A stretch of 63,359 nt of DNA, counting the filler, from Collodictyon triciliatum (lineage: Eukaryota), in assembly GCA_043381765.1 (NCBI GenBank). It is 4 parts of 4 records of this genome, joined end to end, with 100 filler letters (N's around TTAATTAATTAA, not from the genome) between each part and the next. Parts side by side here need not be neighbours in the genome. Positions count along the whole stretch, not along the records: positions 24,205 to 48,217 come from JBHJMP010001103.1; 3 more parts are not named here. One strand, 5' to 3'. Below are positions 30,300 to 43,433 of the stretch, piece by piece; within the stretch, counting starts at the first letter, position 1; each line of letters opens with the position of its first letter. The notes below the pieces were generated by a model. The model was not told where the DNA came from. It did no database searches and saw only the letters and a program-made list of their open reading frames with translations. The translations under genes were made by a program, and so were the position numbers.

Positions 30300-31040
30300 T
30301 TTTTTTTCACTTTTTTCACTTTTTCAATTTTCACTTTTTCACTTTTTCATTTTTTCACTTTTTCACTTTTTCACTTTTTCACTTTTTCACTTTTTCACTT
30401 TTTCACTTTTTCACTTTTTCATTTTTTCACTTTTTCACTTTTATTTATTTCTTATTTCTTTTTTTCCTTTTTTCCTTTTTTTCTTTTTTCTTTTTTTCTT
30501 TTTTTCTTTTTTTCTTTTTTTCTTTTTTTCTTTTTTTCTTTTTTTCTTTTTTTCTTTTTTTCTTCTTTCTTTTTTTCTTTTTTTCTTTTTTTCTTCTTTC
30601 TTTTTTCTTTTTTTCTTTTTTTCTTTCTTTTTTTCTTTTTTTCTTTTTTCTTCTTTCTTTTTTTCTTTTTTTTCTTTTTTTCTTTTTTTCTTTTTTTCTT
30701 TTTTTCTTTTTTTCTTTTTTTCTTCTTTCTTTTTTTCTTTTTTTCTTTTTTTCTTCTTTCTTTTTTCTTTTTTTCTTTTTTTCTTNNNNNNNNNNNNNNN
30801 NNNNNNNNNNNNNNNNNNNNNNNNNNNNNNNNNNNNNNNNNNNNNNNNNNNNNNNNNNNNNNNNNNNNNNNNNNNNNNNNNNNNNNNNNNNNNNNNNNNN
30901 NNNNNNNNNNNNNNNNNNNNNNNNNNNNNNNNNNTTTTCTTTTTCTTTTTCTTTTTCTTTTTCTTTTTCTTTTTCTTTTTCTTTTTCTTTTTCTTTTTCT
31001 TTTTCTTTTTCTTTTTCTTTTTCTTTTTCTTTTTCCTTTT
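30300..31040. repeat. T/C-rich low-complexity and microsatellite tract with an internal N gap
   Basis: (TTTTTCAC)n, (TTTTTTTC)n and (TTTTTC)n runs. Confidence 0.9.
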
Positions 31041-33147
31041 AGTTCTTCCAGTCAAAACATAAAAACTCCAACCACACAATCCGGGGGTTTGCATTCCATC
31101 GTCCACGGTCCATTTTTGTTCCAGAGACAAAGGCGGTTTCCTCGGCTTTGTTTTCACTGAATAAACTGTTGAAATGAAAACTGTTTTCTCTTCCTTCGTG
31201 CTTTACACCCACTCGACAAGTCCAGCCACACAAATCTGGGCCTGATAGAGATGGACAATACTGAAGCCAAGCAAGCAAACCACTGCACAGAACCCGCAGC
31301 AAGATTTTCCTCTGCGACAGACTTTGAGCGACTCTGCAGCACTTTCCACCACACTGGTGTTCTTTGCACGTTTTGTGGATGCAACACAGTCTCCGACTCT
31401 GTCTCGACACTCACGCTCAGACTCGAAGACCTTTGCTGCGTCCCTGACTGGCTCGTGGCCGTCCATCATCTCTGCGATTCTATGCGAGGTGACGGTGAAC
31501 TGGTGATCGATAATGACTCACTCCTTGCAAAACCGACTTATTGTCGCGCCTTTTCTGGTGGTGCCTTCGCGCTCGGTCTTTTTTCTCGCTAGCCTCCGTC
31601 TTTTGATCTGTAGGGTCTGCACGTTCCGATGAGATTGTGAAGGCTGCAGTCGATGTTGTTCGTAGCAGTGAAGAGAGCCGCTCTTTGGTGCTTCACGCGA
31701 CTGGTATTTTGAAGAGGGTGTTTCTGGACGATGACATCCGGCCAGCCGTGGAGGACGCATCTTTGGTGGAGTCAGAGACTCTTTTGTTGGGAAAAAAGTC
31801 TGTTTGTTGAGCTCTTTGCAGTGGTTATCAAGGCCAGTGCTCGAAATGAGGTGATTGTTGGTTTTTGTCTCTTTTGGTTTGATACATTACAACTAATTTC
31901 ATGTTGTCCTCTCTTCTTGATCTCGTTCTTTAAAATCCCTATAGAGTGGAAGACAAAAGGCAGATTTTGAGCATGTTTTTAACATAGGCTTTCGCTTCCG
32001 GACAGAGCTGCAGCCGCATTTTTGGGTCAAATACCAGATGGGAGTGCTGCTTTCTGTCGGGTAGAATCCAACTGTTTTTTTTTTTTTTGACTTTATCTTA
32101 TGAAAAATAAACTTCTCTGTTTTCTCAAATGAATAGTCATTTATAATCGTTTGAATCGTGCTCAAATAACCAAAAAGAAAAGGTTGTATATTCCACGAGT
32201 TGTCCGCTCGGTTCTAGTTGCCGTACAATTGATGCACTGAAGGTTTATCGACTGCAGCATAAAGTTTGCCTGTGGTATCCTGTCTCGATTGATCCGAGTG
32301 GGACACACATGTTCTGATTCCCTCCAAAATTAATTTTTTTTTGAATTTCTTACCACCCATTCCTTCTTTATCTTAAAATATGAAAAGCTTAAATACCATG
32401 TCATATGTCATCGTATTATTTAGTGATAACTCTAAGGGATATTACCATCTTTAGACCATATCGGCAATTAGCTACAGGTCTATTTGAGATTAGATATTTT
32501 GAATAATCAGCCTATTGTCCACTCCATAATGCAAGGATTCTCTATTGCTGGGATTGCAAACTTTGTCCATGCAGTTATATCAAGATTTCAAAAACCATCC
32601 AGTAAAACTGAAATTCACTTCATCCTGCTTATCATAATACTCACCAAAACTCTTGATTTCTGTCCATCAATTTTTGTTTGTGTTGATTTCAAGAAAAATA
32701 CTGTTGGTAATTCTTGATATCTGAAACTGATCCACTTAATATTTTTTTAACATATAACCATTAGTTGCATCCAACATATTACAAAGTCCGTTGTTGGTAC
32801 CGAAAGAAAACACTTTGAAAACCAGCCAGGATTCCATAAAGAGGTGTTTGACAAATCATTTTCTTTTAAAAAAGCCGAGGCCCATGTTTTTCTTTTCTGG
32901 AAACGCTGATTGAGCTGTTGGGTTTTCATCATGAGGAAGGTAACTCTCTAGGGAGAATATTCAATCGCATGAATGAAATTTGTATGATTGAGATAAACCA
33001 TTCCCGAACCAAGAATTTTACAATAATTTACAATTCAGTTTCATCTGTACTGCCACAAAGCTCTTACCTTTTGTGTGCTCTTGTGGATATACTGGATGTC
33101 TGGGGTTGATAGCATGTTTGTGAAACAAGTAACGCTCGGGCTTCAAA

Positions 33148-33739
33148 TATATAGTATTGATTTGGACAGTTAGTTTGTTTGTGGGTTTATTTTGTTTGTG
33201 GGTTTGTACGAAGCAAATTTCTCATGAGAACAATCTATTCTATACCTCACAATGCGAATAAATGTGATGATCACAATGAGAGAGACAGAGTTGAGAAGAA
33301 CAGAAAAAAAAACACAATGAATATGAAAAAGTGTTCTTTGCAGAGAAATGATAAACACAGAGAGTGAGAGAGAGAGAGAGAGAAGAAAGGACATATTCTA
33401 TAGAAAATGATATCATTTAACTGACGTTCTTTCCTTCTCTCAACCCACACATTCTGAAGCTGGAAAAAGAAAAACACGCAAGCGATCAGATAGAGGGATC
33501 TCGGGAAGGAAGAGACCGACGCAACAGCCCTGCACCAATGAACGCCCACTGGTCGTACGCAAACCGGGGAAGGCCGACGCAACCAATGCAGAGAGCCAAA
33601 AGGTTACTTGACTATATCCCTTTACTACACAGGTTATATACCGAGTCACACTGACGATCAAGATGCCAGTTGCCACCGACTCGTGAGCCAACAAACAATA
33701 ATAAGACAGACTGAGCTCTTTGAAATGAATATAATAAGA

Positions 33740-33770
<31 letters not shown>

Positions 33771-33794
33771 GAGTTATAGTAATAATAATAATAT

Positions 33795-33875
<81 letters not shown>

Positions 33876-34588
33876 ACAATAGAGAAATTAAGAAGACGGA
33901 GCGAGCTTTTTCAAACAAATAACAGTAATAATAGAGACGAATAAAATAAGACGGAGCGAGCTCAAGCCAATCACCCACGGGCAGTGAGATAAAAAGAGGC
34001 TATTGGAGAAAGGACTGAAAGGCTGAAGGCTCAAGCCATCGACCCACCTGCAGCAAGGAGCAAGAAAGCACTAAAGAAAGGACTGAAATGCCTCGGACTG
34101 AACCCACTGACCCACGGGGAGAGAGATAACAAGATGGTCCTGGAAAGTGCTTAAGGTGTGAACTCAAGCCACCGACCCACTGGGAGAACGGAAGAAAGGG
34201 GCTACTGGAGAGAGTGCTGAAGGTGCGAACTCAAGCCACCGACCCACGGGGAGCACAGCAGAAAGAGGCTACTAGAGAGAGGACTTCAAGGCTGAGGGCT
34301 GAAGCCACCAACCCATGGGCGACAAGATAGGTATGAATATGATGCTCAGTATTAGTTTCTCTGACTTATTTATCATTTATCTTTATTTTTTCTATTTCTT
34401 TTTTCTTTTATCATTTATCTTTATTTTTCTATTTATTTTTCCCTTTTTCTTCTTTTTTCTTTTTTCTTTTTCTTTTCTATTTTTTCTATTTTTTCTATTT
34501 TTTCTATTTTTTATTTTATTTTTTACTTTATTTTTTTACTTTTTTTTAACCCTTCTCAATCCCGGTGCGAGTTAGGGTGCTCATCTAG
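33148..34588 (+). mobile_element. Non-autonomous Helitron-like element, copy 1
   Basis: Follows an A; degenerate 5' end TATATAGTAT; GTTT microsatellite near the 5' end; ends with a degenerate CCCGG..TAGGG hairpin plus CTAG (34585-34588); homologous along its length to copy 2. Confidence 0.7.
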
Positions 34589-36927
34589 TCTATACCATAA
34601 ATTTTTGATAGTTTGTGTGTGGTAATGAAGCAAATTTCCCATGGGAACGATCCATTCTATACCTCACAATGTGAATAAATGCGGTGATGACAATGAGATA
34701 CAGAGTTGAGAGAAGCAAAAAAAAAAACCACAATGAATATGAAAAAGTGTCCTTTGCATAGAAACGATAAACTCCTAGAGAGAAAAAAAAAGACACATAG
34801 TCTAGAAAATGATATTATTAAACTGACGTTCTTTTCTTCTTCTCTCAACCCATCAGATTCTGAAGCCAGAAAAAAACACGCCCACTGATCGTACGCAAAC
34901 CAGGGAAGGTCGACGCAGCCAATGCAGAGAGCCAAAAGGCTACTTGACCACATTCCTTTACCACACATGTTATGCACTGAGACACACCGACGATCAAGAC
35001 GCCAGCTGCCACAGACCCGTGAGTCAACAAAATACTAATAAGACGGAGCGAGTTCTTTGATACAAATAATAATAATTGTAATAAGTAAACGAATAAAAAA
35101 GACGGAGCGAGATTTTTCAAACAAATATCAATAATAATAGAGACGAATAAAAAAGATGGAGCGGGCTCAACCCGCCGACCCACCGACAGCAAGGAGCAAG
35201 AGACTACAAGAGAGGAAGGACTGAAAGGTTGAGGGCTCAACCTGCCGACCCACCGACAGCAAGGAACAAGAAACTACAGGAGAGAGGACTGCAAGTCTGC
35301 GGGCTCAACCCTAACCCACTGGTAGCAAGGAGCAAGAGGCACTGAAGAAAGGACTGAAAGGCCTCAGGCTCAAGCCACCGACCAATGGGCAACAAGGGAG
35401 CAAGAAGCTACGGGAGAGGGTACTGCAAGGCTGAGGGCTCAAGCCACCAACCCACGGGCAGCATGGGAGCAACATGCTACTGGAGAAAAGTGTTGAAAGG
35501 CTCGGGCTCAAGCCATCGACCAACGGGTGGCAAGGTATATATGAATATGATGATCAGTATTATTTGCTCTGATTCGTTTATGTTTTCTTCTTGATTTATG
35601 TTTTCTTTTTCATTTTCATTTTTTTTATTTTCATTTCCATTTCCTTTTTCTTTTTCATTTTCCTTTTCCTTTTTTTTTCATTTTTTCATTTACATTTACA
35701 TTAACATTTCCCTTTCTTTCTTTTCTTTTTCTTTTCTTTTTCTTTTCTTTTTCTTTTCTTTTCTTTTCTTTTCTTTTTCTTTTCTTTTTCTTTTTCTTTT
35801 TCTTTTTCTTTTTCTTTTTCTTTTTCTTTTCTTTTCTTTTTCTTTTCTTTTTCTTTTTCTTTTTCTTTTTATTTTCCATTTCCTTTCTTTTTCTTTTTAT
35901 TTTCCATTCTCTTTTCATTTCATTTCCTTGTTCATTTTCATTTTCATTTTCATTTTGATTATAGTTTTCATTTTTCTTTGTCATTTTCCTTCTCCTTTTT
36001 TTCTTTTTCATATACCTTATTCTTTATTTTTCATTTTCAATTTCATTTTCATTTTCATTTTCATTTTCATTTTCATTTTCATTTTCATTTTCATTTTTCC
36101 TTTTTTTTCTTTTTCGTATTCATTTTGTTTTTCCTTTTTCATTTTTTCTTTTCATTTTCCTTTTCCTTTTCCTTTTCCTTTTCCTTTTCCTTTTCCTTTT
36201 CCTTTTCCTTTTCCTTTTCCTTTTCCTTTTCCTTTTCCTTTTCCTTTTCCTTTTTTCTTTTTAATTTTCCTTTTCCTTTTTTCTTTTTAATTTTCTTTTC
36301 ATTTCCTTTCTCATTCTCTTTTCTTTTTCTCTTTCCTTTTTACTTTTTCATATTGATTTTATTTTTCCTTATTTTCTTTTCATTTTCATTATAATTTTCA
36401 TTTTTCTTTGTCATTTTCCTTCTCCTTTTTTCTTTTTCTTTTTCATATAACTTATTCTTTATTTTTCATTTTCTTTGTCATATTCATTTTCTTTTCCTTT
36501 TTTCTTTTCATTTTTATTTTCATTTTCTTTTCCTTTTCCTTTTCATTTTTATTTTCCTTTTCCTTTTTTTCTTTTTAATTTTCTTTTCATTTTCCTTTCT
36601 CATATTCATTTTCTATTTCCTTTTTCTTTTCTTTCCTTTTCATTTCCTTTCTCATTCTCTTTTCTTTTTCTCTTTCCTTTTTCCTTTTCATTTCCATTTT
36701 CTTTTCCATTTTCTTTTCATTTTTTCTTTTTCTTTTTCCTTTTTTTTTCATTTTCTTCTTTTTCCTTTTTTCCTTTTTTACTTTTTCATATTCATTTTGT
36801 TTTTCCTTTTTTCTTTTCATTTTCCTTATCCTTTTTTTTCTTTTTCATTTTCTTTTTCATTTTCTTTTTTTTTATACTCTTTTTCTCTCTTTCTCGATCC
36901 CGATGCGGAGCTCGGGTACATATCTAG
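34589..36927 (+). mobile_element. Non-autonomous Helitron-like element, copy 2
   Basis: Starts TCTATACCATA; ends with hairpin CCCGA-tgcggagc-TCGGG (36899-36916), a 7-nt spacer, CTAG (36924-36927), then T. Confidence 0.8.
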
Positions 36928-39299
36928 TATGTAATATAATCGGGTTAATTTATTGAACCACATCATATTATCGTCCATTTTATTTACCATCATAGTGTTT
37001 TTACTATATTTTAAACCATATTAGATGTGACTAAAGCACTCCATTTATGTATCAAGAGTTATCTATCAGAGAGTTAGAGCTTCCTGTCATCCTGCCTAAA
37101 CTTCTCCAAGGGATACAACTGCACATAGACCACCCCATTCCTGAATTTGAAAACAAGGATTTTTAAGTAACCCCTTAACATAATTTTCCATTAAAATAAG
37201 AAAAGAAAAGGATCGGTTGATATAGTCATGCATGCCAAGATACATTTGGCTTTCACTGTCCAAGATTTAAAATCATATAACATAAAATATTACAAGTATA
37301 AAAAAATATCCCTAGCCTCTACTTGGTGGCAGCGCGGCTCTATTAACAGGAAATATATCATTTTCGCATCAAAGGGAACTGCAGAAATTTATTCCAAGTT
37401 CTTAGATCCGTCAAATCTCCTGAAGCTTCTTTCAGAAGACGAATCAATTGAACAACAGATAATGGAAGAGTTATCACCTCAGTTGACTGATTTTAAATAT
37501 CAAAAATTATCTCAAATGACTCTTTTGAGACGAAGGAAACACAGCTAGGTTTACTTGTTCATTTTTCATACATTACAGACTTTGATAAACAATTTAATTT
37601 TTTGATGTTGCATTGCTATTCATTTTTCCATATATATATATTTCTTTTTTTTTTTTAAAAAAAAAGTTCTTTTCTTGAAATCATAGTCGATGACCCCGAT
37701 AGACTTGTGTTCAACCAGAGAAATAATGACGACACCCAAGGCAGCAGCTCTGGCTTTGGTAGTGATGACAGCTTCGTCCCGTACGATTTGAAAGATGACC
37801 CAAAGAGTGGAAACCCAAAAAAGGTTCCAAAATATCCTTTTACCTTACTTTGGGGGTTTATCAATCGAAATTAAAAATAAAGACCGTGCCATTAGAGTAG
37901 TTTTCTTCTATATGGGTTGATGTTACTGATTTTCATTTAACAAAATGAAACATATCTGCAGACTTGCTGGGAAGACTTTTGCTCGCAAGACGCAGAACTT
38001 GTCGAGGGTGCTTTGGAAGTTTTTCTGAACAGCTTATTCGCAGCCTAACGAGTTGATCAGGTTTTTCATCTATAAACTGTTTGAATTCATTTTTTTTCTT
38101 TCTTTCATAGAACGGTTTCAAAGACTTTTCTTTTTAGAAAAGAAAGCTTGATACTCTTCTTGAACTTCAGATATGTATGTAATTATTATTTTTTAAAAGA
38201 AAAAATTTCAGATGAGCTCTGAATTTCGTTTTGTAAAAGTATGATGCATATCGAAAACGAATTCGGCTTGTCAGATTTTCGCGAACGATAAAAAAAGAAT
38301 CCCTGATGCTTTGATTGTGTCCTGTCCGTTACAAGAAGCAAGGTAACATACTTGATATATTATCTGCAATATAAATAGGTGATCTTATAATTGCTTGATT
38401 ATTGTCTTTTTTTTTTAAAGAACATTTTTGTATAAGAACACTCCTTTTTCACTTTTCTCTTATCGTGACTAATATTTTACTGAAATTAAGTGGTGTATTC
38501 GAGATACGATGGCATGCAAACCAAAGCCAACATCTTCACCATCCTGCACAAAATTAAAAGAAGAATAAAAAAAAGTGGTGTATTCGAGACGATTCACCTG
38601 TTTTTTTTTTTTTAAAAAAAAAAAATTCTTTAATGTGTTTCTTTTAACGATGACTATCTCACGGTTTTTCATGCTCCAATTTTATGGGCGTGAGTATGGA
38701 ATTTCACACCGAATTCTGATATGTGAAGTGATCGAGTCATCCACACCAGAAATTTCAAATATCCATGTGCGTTGTGATTTCAATTTGAAAAAAAAAATAA
38801 GTATGACAAAAAATGAATAAATATTCATATGTTTGTTTTAGAGAAAGCGTCTAATAAAACTACATTTCTTTAATTTGTTATATAAAAATTAACAGATGAC
38901 CGAAATGAACAAGCTTGCTGAAAATGAGGTTTCCATGAAACTCAATATGAATTTATGTGCATATGAAGTTGTATTTTTGCAAACTTTGAATCATCTATGC
39001 CAAAAAAAAGTAATAATAAAAAGCCCATCTCCAAAAATTAAAATGCTCCAGAAGGATTCAAAAATTGGCCCTCCCATCCAAAAAGTCGGTATAAACGCAA
39101 GAATCATATACAAGAAACCGAAGGCAGTCTATTATGCTCCAATGCCATTTCATAATCTAGCACTCTTGTTCTTTTATGTGATTTTTGAAAATCATGATGA
39201 AAATCCAGCAAGGTGTATTAACAATATTGAATAAACATTCTGCTTCATTAATGTGAAGATGAATACATTTTGATAGTCACGGATTAAGAAACAAAACAA

Positions 39300-39535
39300 A
39301 AGAAAATAAGTGTAAAGATAAATTGTAAAGAAAAGAAATTAAAAGAAAATAAATGGAAGGAAAAGAAATTAAAAGAAAATAAATGGAAAGAAAAGAAATG
39401 GAAAGAAAAGAAATGGAAAGAAAAGAAATGGAAAGAAAAGAAATGGAAAGAAAAGAAATGGGAAGAAAAGAAATGGAAAGAAAAGAAATGGAAAGAAAAG
39501 AAATGGAAAGAAAAGAAGACAAAAGAAATGAAGGA
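39300..39535. repeat. 15-bp minisatellite (AAAGAAAAGAAATGG)n
   Basis: Tandem units visible directly. Confidence 0.9.
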
Positions 39536-40652
39536 ACAATCATTATCGTGCTTTAGCTTCGAAGAAAACGGAACTTGTGTCCGTCGAAAACTCGTCCGCA
39601 GCTGCGTTGAGGGATAGTCTAACAAGGGTGGATTTCTATTTTTTTTTTCCTGATAGTTTTTTTTTATTATAAAAATCTTAGCTGTTGAGCCCACCTCAAG
39701 AATCTTTCGTTCAACCATCAAGCAAGTAGTTCCAAAGTAGGTGGGGATATGTGGGAGATAGAAAAGGGTAAAAAAACACAGGGATTAAAATAAATGAAGA
39801 AAAGGGAAAAGAGATGTCCTTGAGGCTTGATAAGAGACGCATGGATTTCTTTTGGAGACGCGTGATAGTGTTCCATGAGTATGAGAAAAAATGGATGGGT
39901 GGTATTGATTGGATGGAGGAGGGGGNNNNNNNNNNNNNNNNNNNNNNNNNNNNNNNNNNNNNNNNNNNNNNNNNNNNNNNNNNNNNNNNNNNNNNNNNNN
40001 NNNNNNNNNNNNNNNNNNNNNNNNNNNNNNNNNNNNNNNNNNNNNNNNNNNNNNNNNNNNNNNNNNNNNNNNNNNNNNNNNNNNNNNNNNNNNNNNNNNN
40101 NNNNNNNNNNNNNNNNNNNNNNNNNNNNNNNNNNNNNNNNNNNNNNNNNNNNNNNNNNNNNNNNNNNNNNNNNNNNNNNNNNNNNNNNNNNNNNNNNNNN
40201 NNNNNNNNNNNNNNNNNNNNNNNNNNNNNNNNNNNNNNNNNNNNNNNNNNNNNNNNNNNNNNNNNNNNNNNNNNNNNNNNNNNNNNNNNNNNNNNNNNNN
40301 NNNNNNNNNNNNNNNNNNNNNNNNNNNNNNNNNNNNNNNNNNNNNNNNNNNNNNNNNNNNNNNNNNNNNNNNNNNNNNNNNNNNNNNNNNNNNNNNNNNN
40401 NNNNNNNNNNNNNNNNNNNNNNNNNNNNNNNNNNNNNNNNNNNNNNNNNNNNNNNNNNNNNNNNNNNCGATATGTGTCTTAAAACCAAAATATATTGCAA
40501 ATCCTCCGAGGCGAAGGGAAAGAAAGATTCTTTGAGCCACCCTTCAAGACGGGGAACGTCAGTCCCCCAATGCGCTCATAGGCAGAGCGCCGGGCCGCAC
40601 TGGGCGAATTAAAAGGAAGAGGCGGAGGTGTAACCCTCCTCCACAGACACGT

Positions 40653-42180
40653 CTATGGCCTTTGTGTTGACGTGTGGCTGGTGCGGTTCGTAGTTACCGG
40701 CTTCACTTGCATATGGCGGACTCCCTGCCTGCAGGGCGAATCCTGAGTCTTGCGAGGCTGCGTGGTTGTGGCAGCTCCTTTTTGCGGCATGTTCAGCTTG
40801 ACCACGAGCGAGACGACGTCGGCGAGAGACTGGCCGCGTGTACGGATGTGGTTGGAAAGCATGCCTTCACGATACTTGTGCTCGTTGGAGTGGGTACTCT
40901 CGCTGCTGTTGTGGGTGCGCTCCCGTTTTGTTCCGGTCTGCTCCGGCGTGTGGGCGGCCGTGGAGGCGAGTCTTTGGAACACAGACGCGGACGCAGATAC
41001 AAACCTCTGGTGGGAGGACATCTGCTGAGCGGCCTTTTCAGCGATAGCAGCTTGGCGTGTTACTCTGCGGGTAGCAGACACACCAGCCTTTATCGCGGAG
41101 GTGGCTGCCTCTGTCGGCTTTGTCTGTTTGAGGGTGCTGCTGAGTGTTGTCTGTTTGCAGACATCGGGGTTGCCGCTCGCCTTCGCTTGAGTGGCGGTGG
41201 GCTTTGTTTGTGTCCACTGTGGGGCGGCGTTGGGTGCGGCTTTGCCTGTGAGCGTGCCTGCCGAGTTGGAGGGCACGTTTGGGTCTTTGTCCGCAGCGGA
41301 AGGTGGGCCTCTTGTGGAGTCTTTGGGGTAGGCGGGGGGTTTGCCTGGGTTGGTATGTGCGCTGACTCTAGAATCGACGCGAGCCGTGGTGTGGCTTTGC
41401 CTTTGTTGTGGCGCAGCGTCCAAATTTTTATGGGAGGGCGGATAGGGCTGCGAAGCTACATCTCGGCCATTTGGGATTTGCCCGATTGGGCGAACTTGTG
41501 GTCTCGCTGCGTGTGTCTTCCGCTAACTGCATAGCGCTGTCTAGCGGTAGCCGCAAGGAAGCTGGCGAGAGAGGCTGTGGCGGGTGGGGCGACCTGTCAG
41601 GCAGGATGTGGAGGCGGCAGGGGATGCTGCGGATGGGGCGGCAGCGGGGGACGCGGTGTGCGTCGTCGGAGTCGAAGGGGACGAGGGCGTTGTCCATGGA
41701 GAGGCCGTGCAGCTGGGCGAAGTGGACGCGGAGGGCGGAGAAGTGGTGGTAGAAGGCAGAGAGGATGGCGTGGCGCGTGCAGCTGGCGGGCAGGAAGTCG
41801 ATGGTGGCGACACTGCGGGTGCGGGCCCTGATGAGGGGGCGGAGGGGGCAGTCGTCCAGTTGGAAGGGGTCTCCTGCGGCAAAGCGCTCGGCCGTCTCCC
41901 TGCGGGGGTACGCAATGCCCAGGCCGCTCGACAGGTCGGATGCCAGCAGCACAACGCCCTCCGTGGCGCACTCGTGGATGCGGTGGACTTTGCACAGCTG
42001 CTCTAGCATACGCCGGCATGTGGTGTGCGTCAGTGTCTCAGTGTTGTCACCCACAAGGCACACCACGAACCTAGCCGGTTAGAGTGCCTTCTCCTGCAGC
42101 CCCGCTGCTGGCTCCACCGGTCGCGTCCGGTAGTGCTCGTAGACCACATTTTCGTCGTCAAAGAGAGGCTTGGTTGCCAT
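40653..42180 (-). pseudogene. GC-rich decayed ORF resembling non-LTR retrotransposon ORF1 (RRM-like plus a long S/T/P/Q-rich tail), copy B
   Basis: ATG at 42180 (MATKPLFDDENVVYEHY), in-frame TAA near 42080, frameshift near 41.4-41.5 kb; VCLVG..GLGIAYPRRETAERF..TIDFLPASCTRHAILSAF..VPRCRPIRSIPCRLHILPDRSP; no introns. Confidence 0.55.
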
Positions 42181-43354
42181 CCGTGTGGGTTTTTTCTTTT
42201 TTTGCAAAAGCAAAGGGGATTTTTTTTTCCTGATAGTAAGTGATCTTCATGAACTCCAGGAGTCGAAAGAAAAGAAAGAAATGACTTGAGACGAAGCAGT
42301 AGTGCCAATATTTTCCGTCTTTGTTTTACATCGCTAATTTATCGGAAGAAAGAACCCCACAAAGACTGACTTGACCGTGAATTAAGAAAGTTGCCACTTG
42401 AGACATATAGAGTCGGACGCAAAATTAACGAGCCAAGCTCTTTGACCCACTTCACCTCTTCAAACACACGAATGGGTGGGTCAAAGACCACGCAGAAGAC
42501 AAACCCCGTAATAGTTGAGCTCTTTGTTCGTCTTCAAGCCAGGTGCCAGCTGCCTCGGACAACTATGGCCGCAAACGAGCAAATAAAGAAGCCATCGAAG
42601 GTTTTTAGAATATGATTGCCACGAGAAGATTTCTATCCAGCTGTTCGACCGACTCCCAGGGACCGATATAGGCTTTTTTTTGCAGAAAAAAAAGGACGAT
42701 GAGGTTAGGGTAAAAAATACTCTGTAATGTCTTTTTGTTTTTTTTTTCTTCTTCTTGTTATTGCCCATGCCCAGAAGCTGCTTGTTCGCTCAATTATAGT
42801 CTGAGGCACCCTTACTGGTTTCACAAAGATTGATATGGAAGGTACGAGCAAAAGCAATATTCTCAACAAGAACTGCTCGTCTCGAATCTCTTAATGGTGA
42901 TTTAGTAATGGCACTAGGGTCGAGTTTTCGGCATCACGACTGTACAAAGCTCTAAAAAGGAACAAGAGAGAAAAATAAAACGACTTGCAAGGATTTCACT
43001 TCCTTTTCATACGTCATCCCAAAGAAGAGAAAAGAAGGTCAAAATAAACGAAGCAACAAAATTTGCAAATGCCAGCCTAACCCTTCATAAACTGAGCTGT
43101 CACTCAGGAACAGATGTAGTTCAATCTCCCAGTCCCAATCACAATCGCACGAGGATATGGATATGCAATGAAAAACACTCTATCAAGAAAACGATCTCAC
43201 AAAGAGCTCTCCAAAGGGATATCAGAGGGGATGTTGTCACCATACTGCGTCTTAAAACAGTCTGTACAAACAATTCACTTAATATAACGTGAGGCCAGGA
43301 TTATATCTATCTTTCATTCAATATGTATGTTACTGTTTCATCCGAGTAATCCTT

Positions 43355-43433
43355 TTATTGCTTTACAGAGTTTTTTTTCCCTTTATTCGATTCAAATTGT
43401 AGCGAGGTTATGCCATTATTGCTTTACAGAGTT
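43355..43433 (-). mobile_element. 43-bp poly(A) retroposon stub with 18-bp target-site duplication
   Basis: TTATTGCTTTACAGAGTT at 43355-43372 and 43416-43433; the insert carries the same TTTGAATCGAATAAAGG-A(n) end as the 29.7-kb copy. Confidence 0.8.

Noticed and set aside
31040-31950. Coding-like GC-richer segment with overlapping ORFs (a similar case lies at 37228-38350)
   Set aside because: No domain recognised and no consistent spliced model could be built
32400-33147. Possible LINE endonuclease remnant on the minus strand
   Set aside because: No convincing APE motifs; only exon-like fragments with stops that I cannot assign
27823-36927. Long poly-Phe/poly-Lys ORFs in the ORF track (also at 215-511, 15680-15887, 56587-56835 and 63019-63348)
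   Set aside because: These are translations of microsatellite and low-complexity DNA or of N gaps
28968-42081. TAA/TAG = Gln recoding in the ORF1-like elements
   Set aside because: Frameshifts also occur and host genes end in TAA/TAG; C-to-T decay is the simpler explanation
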